Shown here: positions 49,597 through 61,465 of the stretch, piece after piece
How the letters are laid out: every line of letters begins with the position of its first letter
Position numbering within the stretch: position 1 is the stretch's first letter
NCBI GenBank assembly: GCA_002269645.1
Contig: NIVC01001928.1
Coordinates: 1 to 64,000, forward strand
Origin: Macrostomum lignano
Taxonomy: Eukaryota
DNA length: 64,000 nucleotides
Direction of reading: 5' to 3'
Notes under the pieces: generated by a model
What the model saw: only the letters and a program-made list of their open reading frames with translations
The model's database searches: none
Told to the model about the DNA's origin: nothing
Made by a program: the position numbers and the translations under genes

Positions 49597-49706
49597 CTGC
49601 GGTGGGTGGGGCCGAGTTGCAGATTTTTGTGTCTATTTTTTTCTTCTTTGGTCACTGGGGTCTCTGCTTCTCTGTGCTTTTCAAGCATCTTTTGCAAGCC
49701 TGGTCC

Positions 49707-50325
49707 TTCAGGGTGTTGCAGCCCCCTTTCTTGTGGAACTTCAGGGTGTTGCAGCCCCCTTTCTTGTGGAACTTCAGGGTGTTGCAGCCCCCTTTCTTGT
49801 GGAACTTCAGGGCGTTGCAGCCCCCTTTCTTGTGGAACTTCAGGGCGTTGCAGCCCCCTTTCTTGTGGAACTTCAGGGTGTTGCAGCCCCCTTTCTTGTG
49901 GAACTTCAGGGTGTTGCAGCCCCCTTTCTTGTGGAACTTCAGGGTGTTGCAGCCCCCTTTCTTGTGGAACTTCAGGGTGTTGCAGCCCCCTTTCTTGTGG
50001 AACTTCAGGGTGTTGCAGCCCCCTTTCTTGTGGAACTTCAGGGTGTTGCAGCCCCCTTTCTTGTGGAACTTCAGGGTGTTGCAGCCCCCTTTCTTGTGGA
50101 ACTTCAGGGTGTTGCAGCCCCCTTTCTTGTGGAACTTCAGGGTGTTGCAGCCCCCTTTCTTGTGGAACTTCAGGGTGTTGCAGCCCCCTTTCTTGTGGAA
50201 CTTCAGGGTGTTGCAGCCCCCTTTCTTGTGGAACTTCAGGGTGTTGCAGCCCCCTTTCTTGTGGAACTTCAGGGTGTTGCAGCCCCCTTTCTTGTGGAAC
50301 TTCAGGGCGTTGCGGCCCCCTTTTC
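49707..50325. repeat. 33-bp minisatellite (TTCAGGGTGTTGCAGCCCCCTTTCTTGTGGAAC)
   Basis: Open in several frames, which explains the stacked ORFs. Confidence 0.97.
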
Positions 50326-50392
50326 CTGACACTATAGGGCGCTGTCCACCCATTTGACGATCCGAAAATTTTAATTCTCTCAGCAGACTCAC

Positions 50393-50484
50393 CGGAAAAA
50401 CTCCAGGTGCTCGCAGCAGGTCTCCCACAGCTCCTGCAGTTGGTGCTTGTCATCAGTGCGAAACTCATGAATGCCGCCCTCCTC
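50393..50484 (-). CDS. EPB41L4A: FERM F3 lobe, final exon
   Basis: EEGGIHEFRTDDKHQLQELWETCCEHLEFFR matches the FERM-C motif LWKCxVEHHxFFR. Confidence 0.93.
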
Positions 50485-50624
50485 CTGGTCGGGAGGGGGG
50501 GGGGTTGAAACTCAGTGATGATTTTTGTCAATTATGCCTGCAGAAAATGCCGCTTTTTAGTATTGAATTTCCTCTAGCGGTTGAGAACATTTAGAAAATA
50601 AAATATCCCAGTCTACACAGGTAC

Positions 50625-51523
50625 TATACTCAACCCCAGTCTACTCCACCACTGTCTACTCCATCAGTCTACTCCACCTGTCTACTCTACCACTGTCTAC
50701 TCCATTAGTCCACTTCACCCGTCTACTCCACCAGTCTACTCCACCCGTCTACTCCACCCATTCTACCCTGCCACCAAGCTACTCCACCCAAGTCTACTCT
50801 ATCACAAGCTACTCCACCCCAGTCTACTCTATCACAAGCTACTCCACCCCAGTCTACTCTATCACAAGCTACTCCACCCCAGTCTACTCTCTATCACAAG
50901 CTACTCCACCCCAGTCTACTCTATCACAAGCTACTCCACCCCAGTCTACTCTCTATCACAAGCTACTCCACCCCAGTCTACTCTATCACAAGCTACTCCA
51001 CCCCAGTCTACTCTATCACAAGCTACTCCACCCCAGTCTACTCTATCACAAGCTACTCCACCCCAGTCTACTCTATCACAAGCTACTCCACCCCAGTCTA
51101 CTCTATCACAAGCTACTCCACCCCAGTCTACTCTCTATCACAAGCTACTCCACCCCAGTCTACTCTATCACAAGCTACTCCACCCCAGTCTACTCTATCA
51201 CAAGCTACTCCACCCCAGTCTACTCTACCACAAGCTACTCCACCCCAGTCTACTCTACCACAAGCTACTCCACCCCAGTCTACTCTATCACAAGCTACTC
51301 CACCCCAGTCTACTCTATCACAAGCTACTCCACCCCAGTCTACTCTACCACAAGCTACTCCACCCCAGTCTACTCTACCACAAGCTACTCCACCCCAGTC
51401 TACTCTACCACAAGCTACTCCACCCCAGTCTACTCTACCACAAGCTACTCCACCCCAGTCTACTCTACCACAAGCTACTCCACCCCAGTCTACTCTATCA
51501 CAAGCTACTCCACCCCAGTCTAC
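50625..51523. repeat. 30-bp minisatellite (CCCCAGTCTACTCTATCACAAGCTACTCCA)
   Basis: Read directly. Confidence 0.95.
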
Positions 51524-51910
51524 TAGCATTGTGAGCACTAGCAATCAGCTAGTACCCTAGCAAGCCGCTAACAGTTAATGGCGAAAGCGAAAATGGAAAA
51601 TAGTTCATTAATTGCAGCTCAAGAGGACTCGCAATTTATTTCGCTCGTTCGTTTTTACAGCTAAAAAGCTTTTTAAAGCAACGTTACAGACAGAATTGCA
51701 GACCCAGTAGGGCTTATTGATGCATGGCAGAGCAGCAAAAAGCGGGCCTGATTAAATTGCAATATTTTTAATTGCCAATGCCTAGCAGTTGATATTCGAT
51801 TTGCAAATGGGAAATACTCGTTTTTGTAATGAGAAATACTTGTGTCGGAGTGGATGGGAATGGGATGATGGGTCGGCTGATATGGTAGTCTCCGCATCCA
51901 TGAGCTGCTC

Positions 51911-52497
51911 CTTCAGTGAGTCCCCGCCCCCACACATTCAGTGAGTCCCCGCCCCCACACACTCAGTGAGTCCCCGCCCCCACACACTCAGTGAGTCCCC
52001 GCCCCCATACCTTCAGTGAGTCCCCGCCCCCATACCTTCAGTGAGGCTCCGCCCTCATACCTTCAGTGAGTCTCCGCCCTCATACCTTCAGTGAGTCCCC
52101 GCCCCCATACCTTCAGTGAGTCCCCGCCCCCATACCTTCAGTGAGTCCCCGCCCCCATACCTTCAGTGAGTCCCCGCCCCCATACCCTCAGTGAGTCCCC
52201 GCCCCCATACCTTCAGTGAGTCCCCGCCCCCATACCCTCAGTGAGTCCCCGCCCCCATACCCTCAGTGAGTCCCCGCCCCCATACCTTCAGTGAGTCTCC
52301 GCCCTCATACCTTCAGTGAGTCCCCGCCCCCATACCTTCAGTGAGTCCCCGCCCCCATACCTTCAGTGAGTCCCCGCCCCCTTACCTTCAGTGAGTCCCC
52401 GCCCCCATACCTTCAGTGAGTCTCCGCCCCCATACCTTCAGTGAGTCCCCGCCCCCATACCTTCAGTGAGTCCCCGCCCCCATACCTTCAGTGAGCC
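51911..52497. repeat. 25-bp minisatellite containing a GC box (CAGTGAGTCCCCGCCCCCATACCTT)
   Basis: Read directly. Confidence 0.95.
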
Positions 52498-52790
52498 CGC
52501 GAGTTTGAGTTGTTCTGCATCCAAACGGCCACACGCTTAAACACAATAAAGTCAATCCTGACTGTGTGGTTTTCTGACAGATCTGTCAATCAAAAACGAT
52601 CTGTTATTCTGTCTGGCGCCTGTCTGCAGCTTCGAGCATTGGTTTGTAAAATTTCATGGCTCTATTGCAGAATGTTCACATTTTAATTTGATTGCTTTGA
52701 TAAGTTTTAATTAACAGAGGGAATCAAGATGACTAGCGAATATCTATAGCAGGATTAAAGCTAAGGATTAGCGATAATAACTCAACTTAC

Positions 52791-52854
52791 CGCCTTGGAC
52801 CGAACTTTCATCACCATGCGATGCTTCTTAAGCTGAAACTTCTTAATCCTTGGC
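52791..52854 (-). CDS. EPB41L4A: FERM F3 lobe exon (WPRIKKFQLKKHRMVMKVRSKA)
   Basis: WPRI motif; TTTCAG acceptor and GTAAGT donor. Confidence 0.93.
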
Positions 52855-52885
52855 CTGAAAAGCAGCGTTTGTTTTGGTTGCATCG

Positions 52886-54110
52886 TTTAACCAAGGCAAT
52901 GCTTGTGTTTAGGCTAAGGTATTGCTTGTGTTTGAGCTAGGCAATGCTTGTGTTTAAGCTAAGGTATTGCTTGTGTTTGAGCTAGGCAATGCTTGTGTTT
53001 AAGCTAAGGTATTGCTTGTGTTTGAGCTAGGCAATGCTTGTGTTTAAGCTAAGGTATTGCTTGTGTTTGAGCTAGGCAATGCTTGTGTTTAAGCTAAGGT
53101 AATGCTTGTGTTTGAGCTAGGCAATACTTGTGTTTAACCAAGGCAATGCTTTTGTTTAACCAAGGCAATGCTTGTGTTTAACCAAGGCAATGCTTGTGTT
53201 TAAGCTAGGCAATGCTTGTAGGCAATGCTTGTGTTTAACCAAGGCAATGCTTGTGTTTAAGCTAGGCAAAGCTTGTGTTTAAGCTAGGCAATGCTTGTGT
53301 TTAAGCTAGGCAATGCTTGTGCTTAACCAAGGCAATGCTTGTGTTTAAGCTAGGCAATGCTTGTGTTTAAGCTAGGCAATGCTTGTGTTTAAGCTAGGCA
53401 ATGCTTGTGTTTAAGCTAGGCAATGCTTGTGTTTAAGCTAGGCAATGCTTGTGTTTAAGCTAGGCAATGCTTGTGTTTAACCAAGGCAATGCTTGTGTTT
53501 AAGCTAGGCAAAGCTTGTGTTTAAGCTAGGCAATGCTTGTGTTTAAGCTAGGCAATGCTTGTGTTTAACCAAGGCAAAGCTTGTGTTTAAGCTAGGCAAT
53601 GTTTGTGTTTAAGCTAGGCAATGCTTGTGTTTAACCAAGGCAAAGCTTGTGTTTAAGCTAGGCAATGCTTGTGTTTAACCAAGGCAATGCTTGTGTTTAA
53701 GCTAGACAATGCTTGTGTTTAAGCTAGGCAATGCTTGTAGGCAATGCTTGTGTTTAACCAAGGCAATGCTTGTGTTTAACCAAGGCAATGCTTGTGTTTA
53801 AGCTAGGCAATGCTTGTGTTTAACCAAGGCAATGCTTGTGTTTAACCAAGGCAATGCTCGTGTTTAAGCTAGGCAATGCTTGTAGGCAATGCTTGTGTTT
53901 AACCAAGGCAATGCTTGTGTTTAAGCTAGGCAATGCTTGTGTTTAACCAAGGCAATGCTCGTGTTTAAGCTAGGCAATGCTTGTAGGCAATGCTTGTGTT
54001 TAACCAAGGCAATGCTTGTGTTTAAGCTAGGCAATGCTTGTGTTTAAGCTAGGCAAAGCTTGTGTTTAAGCTAGGCAAAGCTTGTAGGCAAAGCTTGTGT
54101 TTAAGCTAAG
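52886..54110. repeat. 22-23-bp minisatellite (GCTAGGCAATGCTTGTGTTTAA)
   Basis: Read directly. Confidence 0.95.
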
Positions 54111-54165
54111 GCTACCAGAGCAATATAAACCCAACACACTACGGAAAGGCAGAAATGCCGCTCAC

Positions 54166-54260
54166 CAGAAGAAGCAGGCCTGGCTGCCGGAAGCAGACTG
54201 GCTGCGCAGCACAATGCCAGTTGTCTCAATGCACAGAGTGGACAGGCTGCCGTCATCAAG
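54166..54260 (-). CDS. EPB41L4A: FERM F3 lobe exon (LDDGSLSTLCIETTGIVLRSQSASGSQACFF)
   Basis: Phase 0/2; completes FFW|PRI. Confidence 0.9.
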
Positions 54261-54338
54261 CTGGAAATTTCCGATTCAGATTGACAATTTTTCAGCACAA
54301 ATAAAAGCACTTTAATTTTAGCAGGATCTGCAACTTAC

Positions 54339-54426
54339 TAGGACGCGGAAATTCACTCTGCCGTAGCCTTCCAACCATTTCACGTGACTGAGGAACTGGT
54401 ACTCCGCCCTGCTGGCTGGCAGACCC
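54339..54426 (-). CDS. EPB41L4A: FERM F2/F3 exon (GLPASRAEYQFLSHVKWLEGYGRVNFRVL)
   Basis: Matches GxxPxEAExxYLxxAxxLEMYG; GTAAGT donor. Confidence 0.93.
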
Positions 54427-54596
54427 CTTGATTAAGGGAGGAGGAGGTGAGGTATGAGTATAACAGCGCTGTCGGCAATTCTGGCCATCCGTTGACTACT
54501 GAGCACACACGGTACTGTAAGCAGGCACGCATTGAACCAGGGGTCGTGGCGCGACATCGAAGCGCAGGCGAAGGGGGGGGACAGACGCAGACTCAC

Positions 54597-54711
54597 TTGA
54601 ACATGCGGTACATGCTAGCCACCTCGGAGTCGATGCCGGGCCGCAGGTCGGCAAACAGGCTGTAGTTGTTCAACGGGAAACCCATCTGGTGGTCGAAGTC
54701 GCCGTGGTAAG
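54597..54711 (-). CDS. EPB41L4A: FERM F2 lobe exon (SYHGDFDHQMG...VASMYRMFK)
   Basis: TTTTAG acceptor and GTGAGT donor; phases 1 and 2 fit. Confidence 0.92.
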
Positions 54712-54778
54712 CTAAAATATTTTTGTTTTAAATTACGAGCTCGTAATTACTTTGGTAGGCAATACTGATTACCTGCGC

Positions 54779-55497
54779 TACATCTAGATGAGATCCTGAA
54801 CTCACAACTACATCTAGGGGGAGATCCTGAACTCACAGCTACATCTAGGGGGAGATCCTGAACTCACAGCTACATCTAGGGGGAGATCCTGAACTCACAG
54901 CTACATCTAGGGGGAGATCCTGAACTCACAGCTACATCTAGGGGGAGATCCTGAACTCACAGCTACATCTAGGGGGAGATCCTGAACTCACAGCTACATC
55001 TAGGGGGAGATCCTGAACTCACAGCTACATCTAGGGGGAGATCCTGAACTGACAGCTACATCTAGGGGGAGATCCTGAACTCACAGCTACATCTAGGGGG
55101 AGATCCTGAACTCACAGCTACATCTAGGGGGAGATCCTGAACTCACAGCTACATCTAGGGGAGATCCTGCACTCACAGCTACATCTAGGGGGAGATCCTG
55201 AACTCACAGCTACATCTAGGGGGAGATCCTGCACTCACAGCTACATCTAGGGGGAGATCTGAACTCACAGTCACAGCTACATCTAGTGGGAGATCCTGCA
55301 CTCACAGCTACATCTAGGGGGAGATCCTGCACTCACAGCTACATCTAGGGGGAGATCCTGCACTCACAGCTACATCTAGGGGGAGATCTGAACTCACAGT
55401 CACAGCTACATCTAGTGGGAGATCCTGCACTCACAGCTACATCTAGGGGGAGATCCTGCACTCACAGCTACATCTAGGGGAAGATCCTGAACCTACA
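54779..55497. repeat. 31-bp minisatellite (CTACATCTAGGGGGAGATCCTGAACTCACAG)
   Basis: Read directly. Confidence 0.95.
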
Positions 55498-55599
55498 GCT
55501 TCACCCTACCGGAGATTTTGAAACCCAGCAACATCCCATGGGAAATTTCTAAAATCCAATTTCCAAAATTGGAAAGCCAGAGTGCACTGCGCGACTCAC

Positions 55600-55697
55600 A
55601 CTGCAGCATGAGGGCGGCAAGGCGTGGCGCTTTGTCCCGCGGCACAACCACCGCCCCAGATTGAATGTCCTGAATAGTCTGAAGGAACACCTGCAGT
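55600..55697 (-). CDS. EPB41L4A: FERM F2 lobe exon (RLQVFLQTIQDIQSGAVVVPRDKAPRLAALMLQ)
   Basis: Matches RYQFFLQVKQDVLxGRLPC...AxLxAYxxQ. Confidence 0.93.
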
Positions 55698-56289
55698 CTG
55701 CGTGACAGCGTCACGCAGTTGAGGAATTATTTAGGTTAATAAAAAAGCTGCGAAAATTATTCGTTCTGAATCGAAAGCCCGAGTTTTAAGCTGGTTAGAC
55801 TGTTGAAACAGAAGGAAAGAAATATTGAGTGTAGCATCTGGACTAACTATCAGTCATGGACATCTAGGTAATAAAATTGGGATTGAACACCAATCATTCA
55901 AGGACATCTAGCAAACCAAATTCGGATTCGACACTAACCATTATTCAAGGACATCTGACAAATCATTTCGGACTGGACATAGACCTAAGTGAAATTCTTC
56001 TCTAGTCTCAAAGCCATCTGACAAATAAGAGCTGGACTGGAAAATGATCAACATTCATTAGAATTTGTTTCTCACTATTCACAAGGACATCTATCTAGTA
56101 GAAACTTGGACTAGCGTCTGCAAAAAACCTTGAACAATATTAGTAATTATGTATAATTATGTAGGCAACAGAAGTGCATCTAGAAAATGCCACAGATATA
56201 GAAGCTCCACATGGCGCTATGAAAAGAAACTACTTCCGTATTAAAAAGGATATCCGCATATATTTAGCCGGCTAAACAGACAAATTTAC

Positions 56290-56392
56290 CGTGTTGTCTC
56301 GGACAGCTCCCGGCAGGGGTCGTTGGGATAAAACCGGATCGCCAGGAACAGCTGACAGGACTTTTCCCCAACCAGGTCGGACAGACCGCCAC
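56290..56392 (-). CDS. EPB41L4A: FERM F1/F2 exon (...LFLAIRFYPNDPCRELSETTR)
   Basis: Matches LYFGIKFYxxDPCxLxEEITR. Confidence 0.93.
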
Positions 56393-57321
56393 CTGCAGGG
56401 GATCCGGCAGAGGGGGGGGTGGAGGCGATGAGCAAATTGAGACAACAGAATGGGAAGTCTGGCCCCATTCCAAATAACGAATGCGGCAGGGTATAAGAAA
56501 TGGATGCATGGGGAAGCGAGAAGGGCAGACAAACATCAGGGCGAGAGAGTCCCTCCATTAAACTGGGACTCTTTGGGATTTTAAACTGGTTTGAAGCAAT
56601 AAGCATGGAGCCACATCGCACGGTGCAGCCATCCTGAAATCATTATTTAATGAGATACTCTCAAGAGGTGACGGCGGAGAAACACCCAGAAACACAGAAA
56701 TGCGGCATCAAGGAAGCCAAGAAGGTGGCCGCATCAGACTGGTTGCTACAGTCAAAAGCCCGCACAGTTTAGCTAAAAAATCATTGCCTCGCTTTTTTAA
56801 AACGAAAAAGCCGCGCGGAACTTCTTCTATTAGAAGAGGAAATTTAAGGAAATTGGACCAAAGTGATCGGAACAAGCAGAAAACGGATGGCCAGAAGAGT
56901 GAGTGTTTCCATTCTTAGACAGCTAACGCAGGAATTCGAGCTCAATTCTCTTCAAATAAGCGCGCAGATTGCTCCTCGCCGCTGCAAAAACCAATTTCCA
57001 AGTCTTGGCGCAAAAGCAGCCCAAAACTGGCTGCTGAAAACTTATGACTGAGAATAGGAAACAAATCCATTTCCCCTAGACAGGCCAGAGTCTGGCTATA
57101 TTTGGGAACGTGTTTAAACCCGTCTTTTTTATCTCAAAGCTAAGAAGCTTTCAATAACTATAAAAGCAAAAGATAAAAAGCCGCAACACGGATGCTAAGG
57201 ATGTTGCTTTTAGAAGAGCCAAAAATGACGTGGAAATTAATGTCGTCTTCCACCTCCACCGAAAAGCAGAGACACCTAAGAGAAACAACCATTCTAAAAG
57301 TAATTAACTCTCTTACTGAAC

Positions 57322-57909
57322 TGCATTGACCCCTGTCTGTACTACCCCAAGCCTTGCATTGACCCCTGTCTGTACTACCCCAAGCCTTGCATTGACCCCT
57401 GTCTGTACTACCCCAAGCCTTGCATTGACCCCTGTCTGTACTACCCCAAGCCTTGCATTGACCCCTGTCTGTACTACCCCAAGCCTTGCATTGACCCCTG
57501 TCTGTACTGGGCAAAGCCTTGCATTGACCCCTGTCTGTACTGCGCGAAGCCTTGCATTGACCCCTGTCTGTACTGGGCGAAGCCTTGCATTGACCCCTGT
57601 CTGTACTACCCCAAGCCTTGCATTGACCCCTGTCTGTACTGAGCAAAGCCTTGCATTGACCCCTGTCTGTACTGGGCAAAGCCTTGCATTGAACCCTGTC
57701 TGCACTGGGCGAAGCCTTGGATTGACCCCTGTCTGTACTGCGCGAAGCCTTGCATTGACCCCTGTCTGTACTGGGCGAAGCCTTGCATTGACCCCTGTCT
57801 GTACTGGGCGAAGCCTTGCATTGATCGCTGTATGTACTGGGCGAAGCCTTGCATTGACCCCTGTCTGTACTGGGCGAAGCCTTGCATTGACCCCTGTCTG
57901 TACTGAGCC
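57322..57909. repeat. 33-bp minisatellite (CCTTGCATTGACCCCTGTCTGTACTACCCCAAG)
   Basis: Read directly. Confidence 0.95.
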
Positions 57910-58139
57910 AAGCGTTGCCATGACCTCCCTTGTAGTGGCTCGTACCAATTTCCTTTACCCTAACTATGAAGCAATAAATTCAGGAAATGAACGTTTCCGA
58001 AAAGCCAGCCAAACGTGGCGGAACTGCAACACCCCGATAGAGTTGCCAAATCGCAAATAGACGGATTTTCAGAAAAACACCGTGAAAGAAAGAACCCAAT
58101 GTACGTTGCTGAAAACGACACAATAGACGGAAAACTTAC

Positions 58140-58188
58140 GACAGCATTTAACTAAAGAGTGGACACTCTTGCGAACGTTGACCCATTG
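58140..58188 (-). CDS. EPB41L4A: FERM F1 lobe exon (QWVNVRKSVHSLVKCC)
   Basis: Corresponds to the WLDxxKxI motif; TTTCAG acceptor and GTAAGT donor; phase 0/1. Confidence 0.88.
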
Positions 58189-58266
58189 CTGAAATTTGGA
58201 AAGGGTTTGGACAGAGTTTACATGTGATTTCAGAGACACAGCAGACTTTTAGGTGCAAAAACTCAC

Positions 58267-58371
58267 CAGAGTCTTCCTCGAGTCCTGGTATCTCAGGCCA
58301 AAGAACTGCTGCTCGGGCACGCCGATGGAGTTCAGTACAGCGCGGAGCAGATCCTGGCCCTTGTGGTTGCC
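58267..58371 (-). CDS. EPB41L4A: FERM F1 lobe exon (GNHKGQDLLRAVLNSIGVPEQQFFGLRYQDSRKTL)
   Basis: Contains the KGQDLL and xFGLRY FERM-N motifs. Confidence 0.93.
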
Positions 58372-58527
58372 CTGCGAAACGGGGAAGGCAGCGGGAACCA
58401 CAAAAAATGACTGCCAGCCCAACCCTTACACTAACCCTAACCTAATCTTCGGCAGTCCAATGTCAGGTGCCCGAGTCAGCGATGGTTAAATTAGTAAAAG
58501 CGATACTTATAGTTATAATAGACTGTA

Positions 58528-60798
58528 TGGTCATCGCGGATGAAGGAATAGAATGGATTGCTAATCTATAGTCATCGCGGATGAAGGAATAGAATGGATT
58601 GCTAATCTATAGTCATCGCGGATGAAGGAATAGAATGGATTGCTAATCTATAGCCATCATTATTGAAGGAATAGAATGGATTGCTAATCTATAGCCATCA
58701 TTATTGAAGGAATAGAATGGATTGCTAATCTATAGCCATCATTATTGAAGGAATAGAATGGATTGCTAATCTATAGCCATCATTATTGAAGGAATAGAAT
58801 GGATTGCTAATCTATAGCCATCGCGGATGAAGGAATAGAATGGATTGCTAATCTATAGCCATCGCGGATGAAGGAATAGAATGGATTGCTAATCTATAGC
58901 CATCATTATTGAAGGAATAGAATGGATTGCTAATTATCTATAGCCATCGCGGATGAAGGAATAGAATGGGTTGCTAATCTATAGCCATCGCGGATGAAGG
59001 AATAGAATGGGTTGCTAATCTATAGCCATCACGGATGAAGGAATAGAATGGATTGCTAATCTATAGTCTCATCACGGATGAAGGAATATAATGGATTGCT
59101 AATCTATAGCCATCAGGGATGAAGGAATAGAATGGATTGCTAATTTATAGCCATCGCGGATGAAGGAATAGAATGGATTGATAATCTATAGCCATCAGGG
59201 ATGAAGGAATAGAATGGATTGCTAATCTATAGTCATCGCGGATGAAGGAATAGAATGGGTTGCTAATCTATAGTCTCATCACGGATGAAGGAATATAATG
59301 GATTGCTTATCTATAGCCATCGCGGATGAAGGAATAGAATGGATTGCTAATCTATAGCCATCAGGGATGAAGGAATAGAATGGATTGCTAATCTATAGTC
59401 ATCGCGGATGAAGGAATAGAATGGATTGCTAATCTATAGCCATCGCGGATGAAGGAATAGAATGGATTGCTAATCTATAGCCATCAGGGATGAAGGAATA
59501 GAATGGATTGCTAATCTATAGTCATCGCGGATGAAGGAATAGAATGGATTGCTAATCTATAGTCTCATCACGGATGAAGGAATATAATGGATTGCTTATC
59601 TATAGCCATCGCGGATGAAGGAATAGAATGGATTGCTAATCTATAGTCCCATCACAGATGAAGGAATAGAATGGATTGCTAATCTATAGCCATCGCGGAT
59701 GAAGGAATAGAATGGATTGCTAATCTATAGCCATCGCGGATGAAGGAATAGAATGGATTGCTAATCTATAGCCATCAGGGATGAAGGAATAGAATGGATT
59801 GCTAATCTATAGTCCCATCACAGATGAAGGAATAGAATGGATTGCTAATCTATAGTCATCGCGGATGAAGGAATAGAATGGATTGCTAATCTATAGCCAT
59901 CGCGGATGAAGGAATAGAATGGATTGCTAATCTATAGCCATCAGGGATGAAGGAATAGAATGGATTGCTAATCTATAGCCATCGCGGATGAAGGAATAGA
60001 ATGGATTGCTAATCTATAGCCATCAGGGATGAAGGAATAGAATGGATTGCTAATCTATAGTCATCGCGGATGAAGGAATATAATGGATTGCTAATCTATA
60101 GTCCCATCACAGATGAAGGAATAGAATGGATTGCTAATCTATAGTCATCGCGGATGAAGGAATAGAATGGATTGCTAATCTATAGTCATCGCGGATGAAG
60201 GAATAGAATGGGTTGCTAATCTATAGTCCCATCACAGATGAAGGAATAGAATGGATTGCTAATCTATAGTCATCGCGGATGAAGGAATAGAATGGATTGC
60301 TAATCTATAGTCATCGCGGATGAAGGAATAGAATGGATTGCTAATCTATAGCCATCGCGGATGAAGGAATAGAATGGATTGCTAATCTATAGTCATCGCG
60401 GATGAAGGAATAGAATGGATTGCTAATCTATAGTCCCATCACAGATGAAGGAATAGAATGGATTGCTAATCTATAGCCATCGCGGATGAAGGAATAGAAT
60501 GGATTGCTAATCTATAGTCCCATCACAGATGAAGGAATAGAATGGATTGCTAATCTATAGTCATCGCGGATGAAGGAATAGAATGGATTGCTAATCTATA
60601 GCCATCACGGATGAAGGAATAGAATGGATTGCTAATCTATGGTCCCATCACGGATGAAGGAATAGAATGGATTGCTAATCTATAGCCATCATTATTGAAG
60701 GAATAGAATGGATTGCTAATCTATAGCCATCGCGGATGAAGGAACAGAATGGATTGCTAATCTATAGCCATCACGGATGAAGGAACAGAATGGATTGC
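58528..60798 (-). repeat. Second array of the 41-bp satellite, inverted, ~55 copies, inside a FERM-gene intron
   Basis: Reverse complement of the 17-32 kb unit, with its own variants (CATCGCGG, CATTATTG, AGTCCCATCACAG). Confidence 0.98.
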
Positions 60799-60977
60799 AG
60801 ACAGGCCCAAGCTCAAGCAGAAAGTACACCAGCTATCTGTAATGACGTGAAGCGACACCTGGCGGAGGGGGTTGAAAATTCAATCACTCTCAGGCAGGCT
60901 GACAGACCTAAGTGAAACAGGTGATTTTTGCTCCGTAAACGCGGGGTTTAAAAATGCAGCCAGCCCAGGCAGCTCAC

Positions 60978-61106
60978 GGATGCGGCAGGTGACAGGCGGA
61001 TCAACGCCGCGCACATCCGCGATCTGCGACAGCTCAGTTGCTATGCGGGAATGAGATGCAGCTAGCGGGGAGGCTGGGAGTTCCAGCTCAAGCCGCCCGT
61101 GACCAG
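60978..61106 (-). CDS. Tentative 5' exon of the FERM gene (ends ...DPPVTCRI)
   Basis: TTGCAG acceptor and GTGAGC donor; VTCRI resembles FERM strand beta-1. I could not resolve the junction to exon 58371. Confidence 0.45.
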
Positions 61107-61234
61107 CTGCAATAGGGCGCTACAATTCCATGTGCGCGGTAACATTTTTGGGACTCGTGCATGGAGATTGGTTTCGGTTTTGCTGAGCAATTCTTGCCTG
61201 AGTGCCAACTCAAGCCAGATTGTACAGAACTCAC

Positions 61235-61278
61235 CAACAATACCATTAGCAATTTCAGTCTTCGCATTAAGGGACCGT
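61235..61278 (-). CDS. Tentative 5' exon of the FERM gene (RSLNAKTEIANGIV)
   Basis: GTGAGT donor; phases 2 and 1 link the neighbouring candidate exons; weak acceptor. Confidence 0.35.
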
Positions 61279-61300
61279 CTTTACAGGTTGTAGGCTAGTG

Positions 61301-61465
61301 AGGGGGTTTTAGCTTAGTTATGGGTGGTAGCCTTATTATGGGTGGTAGCCTAGTTATGGGTGGTAGCCTAATTATGGTGGTAGCCTAGTTATGGGTGGTA
61401 GCCTAATTATGGGTGGTAGCCTAGTTTTGGGTGGTAGCCTAGTGAGGGGGTTGTGGCCTAGTGAT
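61301..61465 (+). repeat. ~19-bp minisatellite (GGGTGGTAGCCTAGTTAT) resembling the adjacent SINE 5' end
   Basis: Units grade into GGGGTTGTAGCCTATTGGT at 61466. Confidence 0.85.

Noticed and set aside
57158-57290. FERM N-terminal exon candidates CLCFSVEVEDD... and nearby LGCFCA (about 57020)
   Set aside because: The F1-lobe exons at 58371-58267 and 58188-58140 splice in phase directly to 56392, leaving this region intronic.
58425-58447. Telomeric repeat (CCCTAA)
   Set aside because: Only one or two imperfect units.
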